A stretch of 64,000 nucleotides of DNA from Candidatus Eiseniibacteriota bacterium. Lineage in GTDB: Bacteria; Joyebacterota; Joyebacteria; Joyebacterales; Joyebacteraceae. The position numbers and the translations under genes are program-made. This document shows, piece after piece, positions 9,219 to 19,669 of this stretch. Position 1 is the first letter of the stretch, and each line of letters opens with the position of its first letter. The notes below the pieces were generated by a model. That model saw only the letters and a program-made list of their open reading frames with translations, had not been told where the DNA came from and did not search any database. Location of the stretch: positions 1 to 64,000 of the forward strand of contig JBDRFG010000130.1 of NCBI GenBank assembly GCA_043819135.1, in the 5' to 3' direction.

Positions 9219-12200
9219 ATGCGCCATCGCAGGTGGGTCGTCGTCCTGGCCATCCTGATCATCGCCGTGCTGCCCCTGTCGTTTCTGGGGCTCAAGGTCG
9301 CGTCGCGACGCCCCGCGGTCAAGCGCGTAGTGCTTTCCAGGATCATGCCCGAGGTCGCGGGCGAACTGACGATAGGCGGGCTCGAAATGGGGCTCGCCTC
9401 TCTTCATTTCACCGACATCGTGCTCCGGCTCGAGGGGGGCTGCTACGTGCTGATTCCGTCGGCGGCCGTCAGCGTCAGCCTGCCCAGGCTCATCGCCGGG
9501 GGGCTCATTCCTCAGCGCTCTCTCTCCACCATCATCATCAGTGATCCCACGGTCGTCATCAGCTACGGACGGGACGGAGCGGAAGAGACGTCGCCCGGCT
9601 CGCCGTTCGACGTGACCACGCTCGAGGGCTACCTGCCCGACTATCTGGGCGTTTCGGGCGCGTCCGTCGTCTTCCGTGACGAGAGGACGACGCGGACGCT
9701 CACCATCGATTCGATAGACCTCCTGCTGGAGCGGGACGGGGAGGGCCCCGTCGTGGGCGGAGCGTCGGGCAACTGCTGCGGGGGAGAGGGCAACTTCGAG
9801 GCGCAGTTCACCTGGAACGGCTCGCTCCAGACTCTGGCGGTCGATGGGACGCTGTCCGACGTGCTCCTCGACGAGCGCCTGCCCGTTCCGCCGTCCGTGC
9901 CACTGGAGTTCCGGCACGGGGCCATGTCGGCGACCTTCCAAGCGTCGGTGTCTCCCGACACCGTGCGTGGGCTCGATCTCGGCTTCGCCGTCGACGGCGC
10001 TGTCGTGTCCGTCACGACCCTCGGAGAGACGCTCAGGGGCGTTGACGCGCGGGGCAGGCTTCGCGGTGGTGCTGCTACGCTCGAGAGCGCGAGCGGCAGC
10101 TGGCGGTCGGCGTCCTGGTCGGTGAGCGGCTCGGCGTCCGACGCCGGAGTGATGGAGGACATTCGGCTCACCGCCAGCGGAGTGCCGCTTGCCCAGGTGG
10201 CGGATCTGCTGGAACTGTCGGAGGCGCGAATCGACGGAAACGTTGACGTGTCCGCGCGGGTCACAGGGCGCTTCGAGGATCCCGTCGCGGTCGTCGAGAT
10301 CTCCGCGGGTGATGTGGGGGTCGGCGATATCGCGCTGACCGACGCGTCGGGCGTCGTCACGCTTACGCGCGACGGCGTTGCGACGGAGGGTCTCGAGGCG
10401 CGCGTCTTCGGCGGGTCGGCCTCCATCGCCGGCGCGCTCGAGCGAGACGGGCCAGGCGAACAGTGGCGATTTGAATTCGGCGCGGATGCGCGGGGGCTGG
10501 ACGTCGGTCTGCTCATGGCGGCCTCGTCGGGTGACACGACCGCGAGAGGCAGGATCTCGCTGACGGACATCGCGGGGAACGGGACGCTCGATCGCCCAGA
10601 TCTGGAATCGCTGATGTCGTGGGAGGACGTATCGCTCGGGACGGTTCGCCTGGGCTCAGGCGCGGGAGGCTTCATTCTGTCCAGCGGAGACCTCAGCGCC
10701 TCGCTGGGTTCATCGGACAGAACATGCGTGGCCTCCTGCCTGGTCGAGAACCTGTTCGACGCGCCCGCCGTGGGCGGCGAGGTCGTGCTCTCGGGCGTGT
10801 CCGTAGAGTCGCTGCTCCCGACGCTCCAGACCGCGCTGTTCCCGATCACGCTTACCGGAGTCGTGGATGTCGCCGGCCCCGCCGACTCACTGTCGATCGC
10901 CGGGGAGGTCTCCACCGAGTGCGACTTCGCTCACGCGACGGTGCGCCTGGCCGGAAGTCTCACGCCCACGAAGGCTGGCGGGGGAGGCGGTCTCAGGCTG
11001 GCGCTCGACTCGCCCGACGCGGCGGTCAGGGGCATCGCCACGCCTCTGACGGCCCACCTCTCCGTGGACGGGTCCGAGCTGTCCCTGCGTGACGCGCGGC
11101 TCGGCGACTTCGCGGAGGCAAACGTGCGAGTAGGCCTTACGGGCGAGCGGAGTCTGAACGCCGGTCTCGTCGTCTCGGAGGCAGGTCTCTCGAGCATCCT
11201 TACCGGCGTTCTGGGAGAGGCTCCGGACGGTGTGAGCGGGCTGGTCTTCGCGTCGGTGTCCGTGCACGGGACGGTGCCTGCGCCCGTGGCCACCGCGCAG
11301 GTCACCGTGGGCGCGGCGAGCCTGGCCGGCGTGAGCGGTCTGGACGCCTCGGCCGTCGGCAGATTCGAGGAAGGCATCGTCACGCTGTCGGAGTTCACGC
11401 TGCGCGAGTCCGGTCGCCCCGTTGTCACGGCACGTGGGCACGCCGAGCCCGGCGGATCACTCCAGCTGTCGGTGACAGGTGAGGGCATACCGGGACCCAT
11501 GCTGGGAGGCGCCCCGGGAACCAGGTTCGACGCCACGGTCGGCGTCGGCGGTACCACGGGGAGCCCGGCCGTCGACGGACGCGTGGTGTCCGCTGACGGC
11601 GAGTTCCTCGGCGTACCGTTCAACGAATTCTCGGCGCGCGTGACCGGCGCCGATGGTGTTGTCCGCATCGACCCGCTCGTTCTGGAGCGGCGAGGCCACT
11701 ACAGAGCGACGATCGGGGGAACCGTGCCGTACGGCGTGCTCCGACGAGAGCCCGCCGCCGCCGACGGGACTCTGACCGTCGACGTGGATGGCAACCCCCT
11801 GGCCTTCCTGGCGGAGTTCACGGATTCTGCGGAGAGCGGCTCCGGAAGCGGCACTTTGAACGCCGTGCTCGTCACCGACGGAGAATCGGTCACTCTCGCG
11901 AGCGCGCGCCTGGAGGCTCGGGCTGACCGGATCATGCCGGCGGGGTTGTTCGAGAGGGTCGATGACGTGACTGCGAGCGTCAGCATCCTGGACGGAGCGG
12001 TGGTGTCCGGCGAGATGACCGGGCGCATAGACGGAAGCGCCATGAGGGTCAGGAGCGTTCGCGACAGGGTCGTCGACGGCCGAGAACTGCCCACGCTGAC
12101 GGCCGGAGGAGTCGACCTGGGCGTTCTGGCGCTCTCGACCGACTCCCGCGGTGTCACGGCCAACGTGCCGGGGCTGATGCTGCCGGACGAGTTCGGGCGG

Positions 12201-13259
12201 GTCGCCCTGAGCGGCAAGGACGGCGATCCCGAACTGCTGGTTGCGGGGCCGTCCGGGAGCCCGTTCCTGTGGGGCGAGATCGAATTCTCGGATCTGTCCT
12301 TCACCTACCCGTTCGTCGGGTCCGAGGGCGAGGGGATAGGCGATATCATGTCTGACGCCGAGTGGTCGCTGCGAATGACGGCGGGCCGCAACCTCTGGTA
12401 CTGGCGTCCCGATGCCAACCTGAACGTCGAGCGTGGCAGCGGTCTGGATTTCGCGGGCGTTCCTTCCGAGCATACCATGTGCGTGTCGGGACGCGTGACC
12501 TCGACACGTGGCATCGTGACGTATCTCCACACGGAGTTCAACGTGCGTGAGGTCTCGGTCGAGTTCCCCGCCTTCTGCGAGCAGCCGCGTTTCCACATTG
12601 CCGCCGAGGCCAGGGTCGCGGACGGAACGACCATCAGCCTGTCGATGCACGCGACAGAGGGCGTGCCGGCGCTGGCAATGTCAGGAGTCACGCTCGACGA
12701 GAGCGCCCTGGTCCTGAGCTCGGATTCCCCCGAAGACAACACACCCGAGAAGATCATGTCCAGGCTCCAGTACGGGGTGAGCTACGACCTCCTGGAGGCC
12801 GAGGAGCAGGCGGCATTGGAGCGCAGAAGAGCCGTGGAGCTCATAGGGACGCAGATCGGTCTCAGAGTCGCCAGACCCCTGCTTGCGCCCATAGAGTCCC
12901 GAATACGGCGCAGTCTCAACCTGGACCTGGTGCGCATCGACATCGACTTCGTGGAGCATTTCCTGTCGCAGCTCGACATGTGGACCGCTTCCGAGGGTTC
13001 GGCTCAGTACGTCCCGTTCACGACCAACACGCGCATGACGCTGGGCAAGTACATCGCGAGGGACTGGCTGGTCTCATACCTCGGGGTGGTTGAGCCCTAC
13101 GAGGAGGACGCAGGCGGGTCCACTCTGGGTCTGCGCTCCGAACTTGGGATTGAATACGAGGTATCCCGCAACACGTCACTCTCCCTAAGGGCTGTCTACG
13201 ACCCGACTCTCGCCGGATGGGACAGAAGAGTCTCAATCGAGAACAGGTACGAGTTCTGA
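9219..13259 (+). CDS. tamB: AsmA-like / TamB-family (DUF490-like) bridge protein
   Basis: 1346 aa with a single N-terminal TM after RHRR, Gly/Val/Ser-rich beta-strand repeats, C-terminal LGKYIARDWLVSY...IEYEVSRNTSL...RYEF; directly upstream of bamA. Confidence 0.7.
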   Translation: MRHRRWVVVLAILIIAVLPLSFLGLKVASRRPAVKRVVLSRIMPEVAGELTIGGLEMGLASLHFTDIVLRLEGGCYVLIPSAAVSVSLPRLIAGGLIPQRSLSTIIISDPTVVISYGRDGAEETSPGSPFDVTTLEGYLPDYLGVSGASVVFRDERTTRTLTIDSIDLLLERDGEGPVVGGASGNCCGGEGNFEAQFTWNGSLQTLAVDGTLSDVLLDERLPVPPSVPLEFRHGAMSATFQASVSPDTVRGLDLGFAVDGAVVSVTTLGETLRGVDARGRLRGGAATLESASGSWRSASWSVSGSASDAGVMEDIRLTASGVPLAQVADLLELSEARIDGNVDVSARVTGRFEDPVAVVEISAGDVGVGDIALTDASGVVTLTRDGVATEGLEARVFGGSASIAGALERDGPGEQWRFEFGADARGLDVGLLMAASSGDTTARGRISLTDIAGNGTLDRPDLESLMSWEDVSLGTVRLGSGAGGFILSSGDLSASLGSSDRTCVASCLVENLFDAPAVGGEVVLSGVSVESLLPTLQTALFPITLTGVVDVAGPADSLSIAGEVSTECDFAHATVRLAGSLTPTKAGGGGGLRLALDSPDAAVRGIATPLTAHLSVDGSELSLRDARLGDFAEANVRVGLTGERSLNAGLVVSEAGLSSILTGVLGEAPDGVSGLVFASVSVHGTVPAPVATAQVTVGAASLAGVSGLDASAVGRFEEGIVTLSEFTLRESGRPVVTARGHAEPGGSLQLSVTGEGIPGPMLGGAPGTRFDATVGVGGTTGSPAVDGRVVSADGEFLGVPFNEFSARVTGADGVVRIDPLVLERRGHYRATIGGTVPYGVLRREPAAADGTLTVDVDGNPLAFLAEFTDSAESGSGSGTLNAVLVTDGESVTLASARLEARADRIMPAGLFERVDDVTASVSILDGAVVSGEMTGRIDGSAMRVRSVRDRVVDGRELPTLTAGGVDLGVLALSTDSRGVTANVPGLMLPDEFGRVALSGKDGDPELLVAGPSGSPFLWGEIEFSDLSFTYPFVGSEGEGIGDIMSDAEWSLRMTAGRNLWYWRPDANLNVERGSGLDFAGVPSEHTMCVSGRVTSTRGIVTYLHTEFNVREVSVEFPAFCEQPRFHIAAEARVADGTTISLSMHATEGVPALAMSGVTLDESALVLSSDSPEDNTPEKIMSRLQYGVSYDLLEAEEQAALERRRAVELIGTQIGLRVARPLLAPIESRIRRSLNLDLVRIDIDFVEHFLSQLDMWTASEGSAQYVPFTTNTRMTLGKYIARDWLVSYLGVVEPYEEDAGGSTLGLRSELGIEYEVSRNTSLSLRAVYDPTLAGWDRRVSIENRYEF

Positions 13260-13316
13260 CCCGCTGAGCGACCGTAACTGACGTTCTCCAAACACGTTCG
13301 GCCCCCGAGGTTTTCG

Positions 13317-13345
13317 TTTACAAGGCGGGGGTGCTGTGCTAGCAT
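13317..13345 (+). promoter_or_regulatory. Putative sigma70 promoter for bamA-skp-lpx
   Basis: TTTACA-17 nt-TAGCAT with TGn extension; GGAGGAG RBS precedes ATG13380. Confidence 0.5.
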
Positions 13346-13379
13346 GCCGGTTTGAGCGGGAGTATGGAGGAGCACACTA

Positions 13380-15815
13380 ATGCACGTAACGCGATCGGTT
13401 ATTGCGGCTGTTCTGGTCCTTGTGGCCGTCGTCTACCTGTGCGAGTTCGCCTCGGCCGACGTCGTCAGCGCGGTGGAGCCTCAGGGCAATCAGCATCTGA
13501 GCCGCGACAGGATCCTCCTGGGCTTCGGCATCAGGATCGGAGACGAGCTGACGCCCGAGAGTGTCCGCGAGGGGATTCGCAGGCTCTACGACATGGGCCA
13601 TTTTTCGGACATCAGCGTGGAAGCGGAGCCCACGGGTGAGGGCAGCGTCCGTCTGATCGTGATCGTTGAGGAGCGTCCGAAGATCGCGTCCATCGACATA
13701 GTCGGCAGCGACCGCGTGTCCGAGTCGGACATTGAGGCGGTGCTCAGAATGGAGGCGGGGGCGCCCTACGAAGCCAGCAGGCTCGAGGATTCCCGCGTCG
13801 CCGTTCTGGAGCTGTACGAGCGCAAGGGGTTCCCTTACGCGAAGATCACGGCGACCACCGAGGATGTCTCCGGCAACAGGATCGACGTTGAGTTCGAGAT
13901 CGAGGAGCAGATGCGGGTGGTGGTGAAGGAGATCCGCTTCGAGGGGAACGAGTCGCTCGACGCCTCCGATCTCAAGAAGGTGATGGAGACCAAGGAGGAC
14001 CGCTGGTGGCGGACCGACGCTTTCTTCGACCGCGGCGTCCTCGAGGACGACCTGACGCTGATAGCGGCGCGCTACCGTGAGGCGGGTTTCATAGACGCCG
14101 TGACTGACGGATACGACACAGAGTACGACGAGAGCGGCGAGAGGGTCACGCTGACGATCAAAGTGGACGAGGGCGGGCTCTACACGGTCGCCGGGATAGA
14201 GTGGATAGGCGTCTCTGAGTTTGCGGTAGACGCGCTGGACGAGCTGACGGACGTCAGCGTTGGCGACGTGTACGAACCGCCGCGGGCTGAAGGGACCATC
14301 CGTTCGGCGTACGACTGGTACGGCGAGCGCGGGTACATCCACGCCCGCATCTTCAAGGTAGAAGACGTCGAGGACGACAACCAACTGAGACTCAAATTCT
14401 ACGTTGAGGAGGCCGATCCGGCCCACATCGGGCAGATCCACATCGTCGGGAACAAGCGGACCAAAGAGAAGGTCATCCGTCGCGAACTCGTAGTGAGTCC
14501 CGGCGATCTCTATCAGACCTCCGAGATTATCGCGAGTCAGCGGAAGATAGCCAACCTGGGTTTCTTCAACGGGCCCGTGGTCGAGTTCACCGACAGCTTG
14601 GATCCTAACGACATCGACCTCGTGTTCACGGTCGAGGAACGGGAGACCGGCCGTGCCGGAGTAGGTATATCGCACACCAGCGAGAAGGGCTACACGGGTT
14701 TCATCGAGCTGACTCAGGGTAACTTCCTGGGCAACGGGCAGTATCTGGACCTCAAGTGGGAATTCGGCAAGAAGAACAGCGAAGTCGTACTGGGCTTCAC
14801 GGAGCCGTGGTTCATGAACCGCCCGCTCTCCGTCGGTTTCGACCTCTACGACACGAACGACAAGCGAGTCTACTCCTCCCTGCCGGACGACTTCTACGAG
14901 GGCGCCTTTTCCCCGGCGAACTACGAGAGAATCACTGCCCATGAGACGCCCAGCTACATCGTCGAGCGCGAGAGGCGCGGCGGTGACCTGCGCGTGGGGC
15001 TGCCCTTCCTGGGCTCACGCTACACGATGGTGTACACGAAGTACACGCTGGAGCAGTTCAGGCTGGGGGAGTCCGTTGTCGTCGACTCCGTCTGGGTCGA
15101 CCCCCTCAACAATGACGAGGAAACCGTGACAGCGTTGACCGTCCTCCCCGCGGGCGGGAATGAGGGCTGGGAGTGGCGCAGCGGACTGACCAACACGCTC
15201 GTCAGGCGGACGACCGACAGGCGGTTCCACCCGCGGATGGGCAGCTACACGCGCTTCTCCGCGGACCTCTTCGGGTGGGCTTTCGGCGGTGACGTGGAGT
15301 ACCAGCGCTATATTCTCGACGTCAGGAAATATGTCCCGGCACTCTGGACCTCGGTCCTGATGCTCCGCGGCCGCGGCGGTCTGGTCACGGGGTACGGCGG
15401 CGGCGATCCTGACGTACCCGACGACACTCGGTTTGAACTCGGCGGCGTCGGATTGAACGGCGTCCGAGGCTACGACAACAGGTCCATCCTTCCTGAGGGA
15501 AGAGACCTCTACGGCGGGCGCACCATGCTCCTCGGTACGGCGGAGCTCAAGTTCCCGATAACCGGCGAGGGGAGCCAGTTGCCGGTGCACGGGCTCTTCT
15601 TTGTTGAAGCGGGGAACACGTGGGAATCGGGTGAGGACACCGACCCGTCCGAGCTCTACTGGGGCGCCGGCGCCGGGGTTCGTATCGAGGTCCCCGTGCT
15701 CGGCAATCTGGGAGTGGATTTCGGCTACGGGTTCGATGAGGAGACACGGGAGGAGAGATGGAGGGAGGGGGAGAGCAACTGGGTGATCCACTACCAGTTC
15801 GGCCTTGACTTCTAG
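13380..15815 (+). CDS. bamA: Outer membrane protein assembly factor BamA
   Basis: Signal peptide, about 5 POTRA repeats (GNKRTKEKVIRREL), barrel with FTEPW, VRGY motif and terminal aromatic (YQFGLDF). Confidence 0.95.
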   Translation: MHVTRSVIAAVLVLVAVVYLCEFASADVVSAVEPQGNQHLSRDRILLGFGIRIGDELTPESVREGIRRLYDMGHFSDISVEAEPTGEGSVRLIVIVEERPKIASIDIVGSDRVSESDIEAVLRMEAGAPYEASRLEDSRVAVLELYERKGFPYAKITATTEDVSGNRIDVEFEIEEQMRVVVKEIRFEGNESLDASDLKKVMETKEDRWWRTDAFFDRGVLEDDLTLIAARYREAGFIDAVTDGYDTEYDESGERVTLTIKVDEGGLYTVAGIEWIGVSEFAVDALDELTDVSVGDVYEPPRAEGTIRSAYDWYGERGYIHARIFKVEDVEDDNQLRLKFYVEEADPAHIGQIHIVGNKRTKEKVIRRELVVSPGDLYQTSEIIASQRKIANLGFFNGPVVEFTDSLDPNDIDLVFTVEERETGRAGVGISHTSEKGYTGFIELTQGNFLGNGQYLDLKWEFGKKNSEVVLGFTEPWFMNRPLSVGFDLYDTNDKRVYSSLPDDFYEGAFSPANYERITAHETPSYIVERERRGGDLRVGLPFLGSRYTMVYTKYTLEQFRLGESVVVDSVWVDPLNNDEETVTALTVLPAGGNEGWEWRSGLTNTLVRRTTDRRFHPRMGSYTRFSADLFGWAFGGDVEYQRYILDVRKYVPALWTSVLMLRGRGGLVTGYGGGDPDVPDDTRFELGGVGLNGVRGYDNRSILPEGRDLYGGRTMLLGTAELKFPITGEGSQLPVHGLFFVEAGNTWESGEDTDPSELYWGAGAGVRIEVPVLGNLGVDFGYGFDEETREERWREGESNWVIHYQFGLDF

Positions 15816-15864
15816 CGAGCTCATCCTGAACTGCCCCCCGTGCCGGGGGCACTCGGAGGTTCTC

Positions 15865-16395
15865 TTGAAACGTTACTTGCTCATCATCGCCGTCGCGACG
15901 GCGCTTGTCATCCTGGCCTCGGCGGCCGCCTGGTGCGCGGACGCCGTGGCGTACGTCAACTCCGACCAGCTCAGGCGCGAGTACGTCGGCGCGAGAGACC
16001 TGGACATTCAGCTCGAGGCAAGCGTGGCCGACTGGCGGGCTCAGGCCCGCGAGAAGGAACAGGCGATCGAAGGCCTCATCAGCGAGCTCCAGAGCCAGAG
16101 GCTCCTGCTGTCTCAGGACGCGGCCCGCGAGAAAGAGACGGCCATCCAGCAGAAGCAGTTCGAGTTCGAGGAGTTCCTGAACGGCGTGTGGGGCGCGGGC
16201 GGTCTGGCCGCGCAGCGCGAAGCGGATCTGTGGCAGCCGGTCTTCGAAAGGATCAACGGGATATTGGAAGAGATAGGCGCCGCAGGTGAGTATCAGATGA
16301 TCTTCGACGCGGCGCGCATGGGCATCGTCTACGCCGCTCCATCGACCGACCTCACTCAGCAGGTGCTCGACAGGCTTAACGGGACGGAGGAATAG
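15865..16395 (+). CDS. skp: Periplasmic chaperone Skp/OmpH
   Basis: Signal peptide, VAYVNS, coiled-coil, YQMIFD...DLTQQVLDRL; position between bamA and lpxD; TTG15865 follows GGAGG. Confidence 0.88.
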   Translation: MKRYLLIIAVATALVILASAAAWCADAVAYVNSDQLRREYVGARDLDIQLEASVADWRAQAREKEQAIEGLISELQSQRLLLSQDAAREKETAIQQKQFEFEEFLNGVWGAGGLAAQREADLWQPVFERINGILEEIGAAGEYQMIFDAARMGIVYAAPSTDLTQQVLDRLNGTEE

Positions 16396-16435
16396 CACGT
16401 CTTCCCATCTTCTTCCGTCACTGTCCGGAGCGGGA

Positions 16436-17545
16436 ATGAGCATGACCCTCGCGGAGGTAGCGAAGCTCGTCGGGGGTGAGGTCGTCGGTGACGGCTCCAC
16501 CGAGCTCGTCGGCGTTGCCGGGATCAGGGAAGCGCGCGAGGGCGAGCTGACCTTTGTTTCCAATCCCAGGTACGAGAAGCACGTGGCGGACACGTCCGCG
16601 TCGGCGATCGTCGTGTCGCGGGACTACGCCGTGGACGCGCGTCCCGACGGAACCGCCCTGATAGTAGTCGACGATCCGTACGGCGCCTTCGCGAGGGCCA
16701 TGATGCTCTTCGCCACGGAAGGCGACATCGTCACCGAGGGTGTCCACCCGTCGGCGGTCGTTTCCGATTCGGCGGTCATGGGCGAGGGAGTCTCGATCGG
16801 CGCCAACGTTGTCGTGATGGACGGAGCGTCGATTGGTGACGGGACCACGATCCATGCGGGCTCGTTCGTGGGCAGGCTGGTTTCCGTGGGGCGCGACACG
16901 ACCATCTACCCCAACGTCACGATACGCAACGGTTGCGTGTTGGGGGACCGCGTCATCGTCCATTCCGGGACGGTCATCGGCAGCGACGGCTTCGGATTCG
17001 CGCTGTCGGAGTGCTCGCACACGAAGGTGCCTCAGATCGGGAATGTCGTCATCGAGGACGATGTCGAGGTCGGGGCCAACGTCTGCATAGACAGAGCCAC
17101 GCTAGGCTCGACTCGCGTGTGTCGCGGCTGCAAGATAGACAATCTGGTTCAGATAGCCCACAACGTAGAGATCGGGGAGGGTTCGATAGTCGTCGCCCAG
17201 GTCGGTATCTCCGGAAGCACGCGGGTCGGCAGGGGCGTCGTTATCGCCGGCCAGGCCGGGATCATCGGCCACATCGAGATCGGGGACGGCGCGGTAGTGG
17301 CGGCGCAGGCGGGCGTGACCAAGTCGGTCCCGGCGGGCGAGCGGGTGTCCGGGTACCCCGCCCGGAGGCACTCCGCCGCCAGGCGACTTCACGCTTTCGT
17401 CGAGCATCTTCCGAAGCTGGTCGGGAAGGTCAAGGGGCTGGAGTCCCGTGTGAGCAGGCTCGAGGACGCCGCGGGCACCGCGAGCGCTGAAGGGGCGGCG
17501 CGCGGGAGCGGAGACGGGCGCGAGCGTTCGGACGAGGAGGTTTGA
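16436..17545 (+). CDS. lpxD: UDP-3-O-(3-hydroxyacyl)glucosamine N-acyltransferase
   Basis: Hexapeptide repeats, IGSDGFGF, KVPQIGNV, IDRAT, KIDNLVQIAHN. Confidence 0.96.
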   Translation: MSMTLAEVAKLVGGEVVGDGSTELVGVAGIREAREGELTFVSNPRYEKHVADTSASAIVVSRDYAVDARPDGTALIVVDDPYGAFARAMMLFATEGDIVTEGVHPSAVVSDSAVMGEGVSIGANVVVMDGASIGDGTTIHAGSFVGRLVSVGRDTTIYPNVTIRNGCVLGDRVIVHSGTVIGSDGFGFALSECSHTKVPQIGNVVIEDDVEVGANVCIDRATLGSTRVCRGCKIDNLVQIAHNVEIGEGSIVVAQVGISGSTRVGRGVVIAGQAGIIGHIEIGDGAVVAAQAGVTKSVPAGERVSGYPARRHSAARRLHAFVEHLPKLVGKVKGLESRVSRLEDAAGTASAEGAARGSGDGRERSDEEV

Positions 17546-18858
17546 TGCTCAGGACGCAGCAGAGAACACTCAAGCGAGGCTGTTCATACACGGGCATCGG
17601 CATCCACACCGGACAGCAGGTGACGGTCTCGTTCGAGCCGGCTCCTCCCGATCACGGCATCGTCTTCGTCAGGACCGACCTGCCGGGCGCCCCGGAGGTG
17701 CCGGCGTCCATCAAGTACGTCGCGCCGAGCAGCGACAACCCACGGCGCACGACGCTCTCCCACAACGGCGTGAAGATCTACACGGTCGAGCACGTGCTCG
17801 CCGCGCTCGCGGGTCTGGGCATAGACAACGCCGTCGTGGAGCTGGACGCGGACGAGCCTGCCGAGCCCACCGACGGCAGCTGCGAATCGTTCGTCAACAT
17901 CCTTGCGGAGGCCGGGATCGTTCAACAAGATGCTCCTCTCCAGCATCTTGTGATCACGGAACCGGTGACGTTCGACGACGGCGACGTTCACATCTCCGCC
18001 AGCCCGTACGACGGATTCAGGCTCTCGTTCACCATCGACTACGACAACCCCACGATCGGGACCCAGCACGCCAGCTTCGAGATCAACGAAAAGACGTTTC
18101 TCAAGGAGATCGCCGTGGCCAGGACGTTCGCGTTGCAGAGCGACGTCGAGGAACTCCAGAAGATGGGCCTCATCAAGGGAGGCAGCCTGGAGAACGCCAT
18201 CGTCGTCGGCAAGGACGGCATCGTGAACCAGAGCGATCTGAGGTTCCCCGACGAGTTCGTCCGTCACAAGATTCTCGACCTCCTGGGCGACCTCGCGCTG
18301 CTGGGAATGCCGTTGCGCGGTCACGTCTACGCGTCCAAGTCGGGACACTCGACGAACGTCAAGTTCGTGGAGCGCCTGCGGGACGCGATCCGGGAGGGAA
18401 GGGTAACGTACAGCGGCACGACCGGCTGGGACATCGGCGCCATCGAGAAGATCCTTCCGCACCGATACCCGTTCCTGCTGGTCGACAGGATACTCGAACT
18501 CGACGACAGGCGCGTGGTCGGTGTAAAGAACTTCACCATGAACGAGTGGTTCTTCGTCGGGCATTTCCCCGGCCATCCGATCGTCCCCGCCGTACTCCTT
18601 GTTGAGGCCATGGCGCAGGTCGGAGGTTTTCTGCTCCTCTCCAGACTTGAGGAACGCGAGAAGAAGCTCGTTTACTTCATGGGCATCGACAACGCGAGGT
18701 TCAGAAGGCCGGTGCGTCCCGGCGACTCCGTGCGCTTCGAACTCAATCTCGTCCGGCTGCGCGGCGGCACGTGCAAGATGCACGCGTGCGCGTACGTCGA
18801 AGGCGAGCTTGTGGCCGACGGCGATCTGTTGTCACAGGTCGTAGAAAGAGAGCCCTAG
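17545..18858 (+). CDS. lpxC: Bifunctional LpxC deacetylase / FabZ dehydratase
   Basis: GIGIHTG, TVEHVLAAL, HKILDLLGDL, SGH (LpxC), followed by LPHRYPFLLVD, GHFPGHP, EAMAQ, FRRPVRPGD (FabZ). Confidence 0.96.
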   Translation: MLRTQQRTLKRGCSYTGIGIHTGQQVTVSFEPAPPDHGIVFVRTDLPGAPEVPASIKYVAPSSDNPRRTTLSHNGVKIYTVEHVLAALAGLGIDNAVVELDADEPAEPTDGSCESFVNILAEAGIVQQDAPLQHLVITEPVTFDDGDVHISASPYDGFRLSFTIDYDNPTIGTQHASFEINEKTFLKEIAVARTFALQSDVEELQKMGLIKGGSLENAIVVGKDGIVNQSDLRFPDEFVRHKILDLLGDLALLGMPLRGHVYASKSGHSTNVKFVERLRDAIREGRVTYSGTTGWDIGAIEKILPHRYPFLLVDRILELDDRRVVGVKNFTMNEWFFVGHFPGHPIVPAVLLVEAMAQVGGFLLLSRLEEREKKLVYFMGIDNARFRRPVRPGDSVRFELNLVRLRGGTCKMHACAYVEGELVADGDLLSQVVEREP

Positions 18859-18864
18859 AGCTTA

Positions 18865-19644
18865 ATGAATTCCATAGACGAGAGAGCCGTAGTCCACGCG
18901 AGCGCCCGCATCGGCGAGGACGTTACCATCGGTCCGTTTGCCATCGTCGGTCCGAACGTGGTGATCGGCCGCGGTACTGTCCTGGCGGGCATGGCGCTGG
19001 TGGAGAAGGACACGGTCATCGGCGAGGACTGCGTGCTCGGTCACTCGGCGGTCGTGGGTACCGACCCGCAGGACCTGAAGTACCACGGCGAGACAACACG
19101 TCTGGTCATCGGCGACCGCACCACGATCCGCGAGTTCGCGACGGTCAACCGCGCGACCCGCGGCGAAGACGACGAGCCGACGCGCGTCGGCAGCGACACG
19201 CTCATAATGGCCTACGCTCACGTGGCGCACAACTGCGTCATCGGCGATCACGTCGTCATCACGAACGCCGTCAACCTCGCCGGGCATGTGATCGTGGAGG
19301 ACTACGCGATCATAGGCGGCATGACAGCCGTGCAGCAGTTCGTTCACATCGGCGCGCACAGCTACGTCGGTGGGGCGTGTCGCGTGACCAAGGACGTGCC
19401 CCCCTATCTCAAGATCGGCGGCGTTCCCACGCGACCCATTGAGATGAACACGGTGGGTCTCATGCGCCGCGGATACTCCGAGGAAGCCCTGAATCAGCTA
19501 CGCAAGGCCTACAGGCATCTCTACCTCTCGGACCTGAACACGACGCAGGCGGTCGAGAGAATCCGCGCGGAACTCCCCGCGAACGACGAGATAACCAGAC
19601 TGGTGGCGTTCATTGAGGGCTCAACGCGCGGCATCATCAAGTAG
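18865..19644 (+). CDS. lpxA: Acyl-ACP--UDP-N-acetylglucosamine O-acyltransferase
   Basis: Hexapeptide repeats, PQDLKY, IREFATVNRAT, HVAHNC, LAGHV, DVPPY, N.VGL.RRG. Confidence 0.96.
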   Translation: MNSIDERAVVHASARIGEDVTIGPFAIVGPNVVIGRGTVLAGMALVEKDTVIGEDCVLGHSAVVGTDPQDLKYHGETTRLVIGDRTTIREFATVNRATRGEDDEPTRVGSDTLIMAYAHVAHNCVIGDHVVITNAVNLAGHVIVEDYAIIGGMTAVQQFVHIGAHSYVGGACRVTKDVPPYLKIGGVPTRPIEMNTVGLMRRGYSEEALNQLRKAYRHLYLSDLNTTQAVERIRAELPANDEITRLVAFIEGSTRGIIK

Positions 19645-19669
19645 CTGACCGAACTGGACGCGTCCGAAG

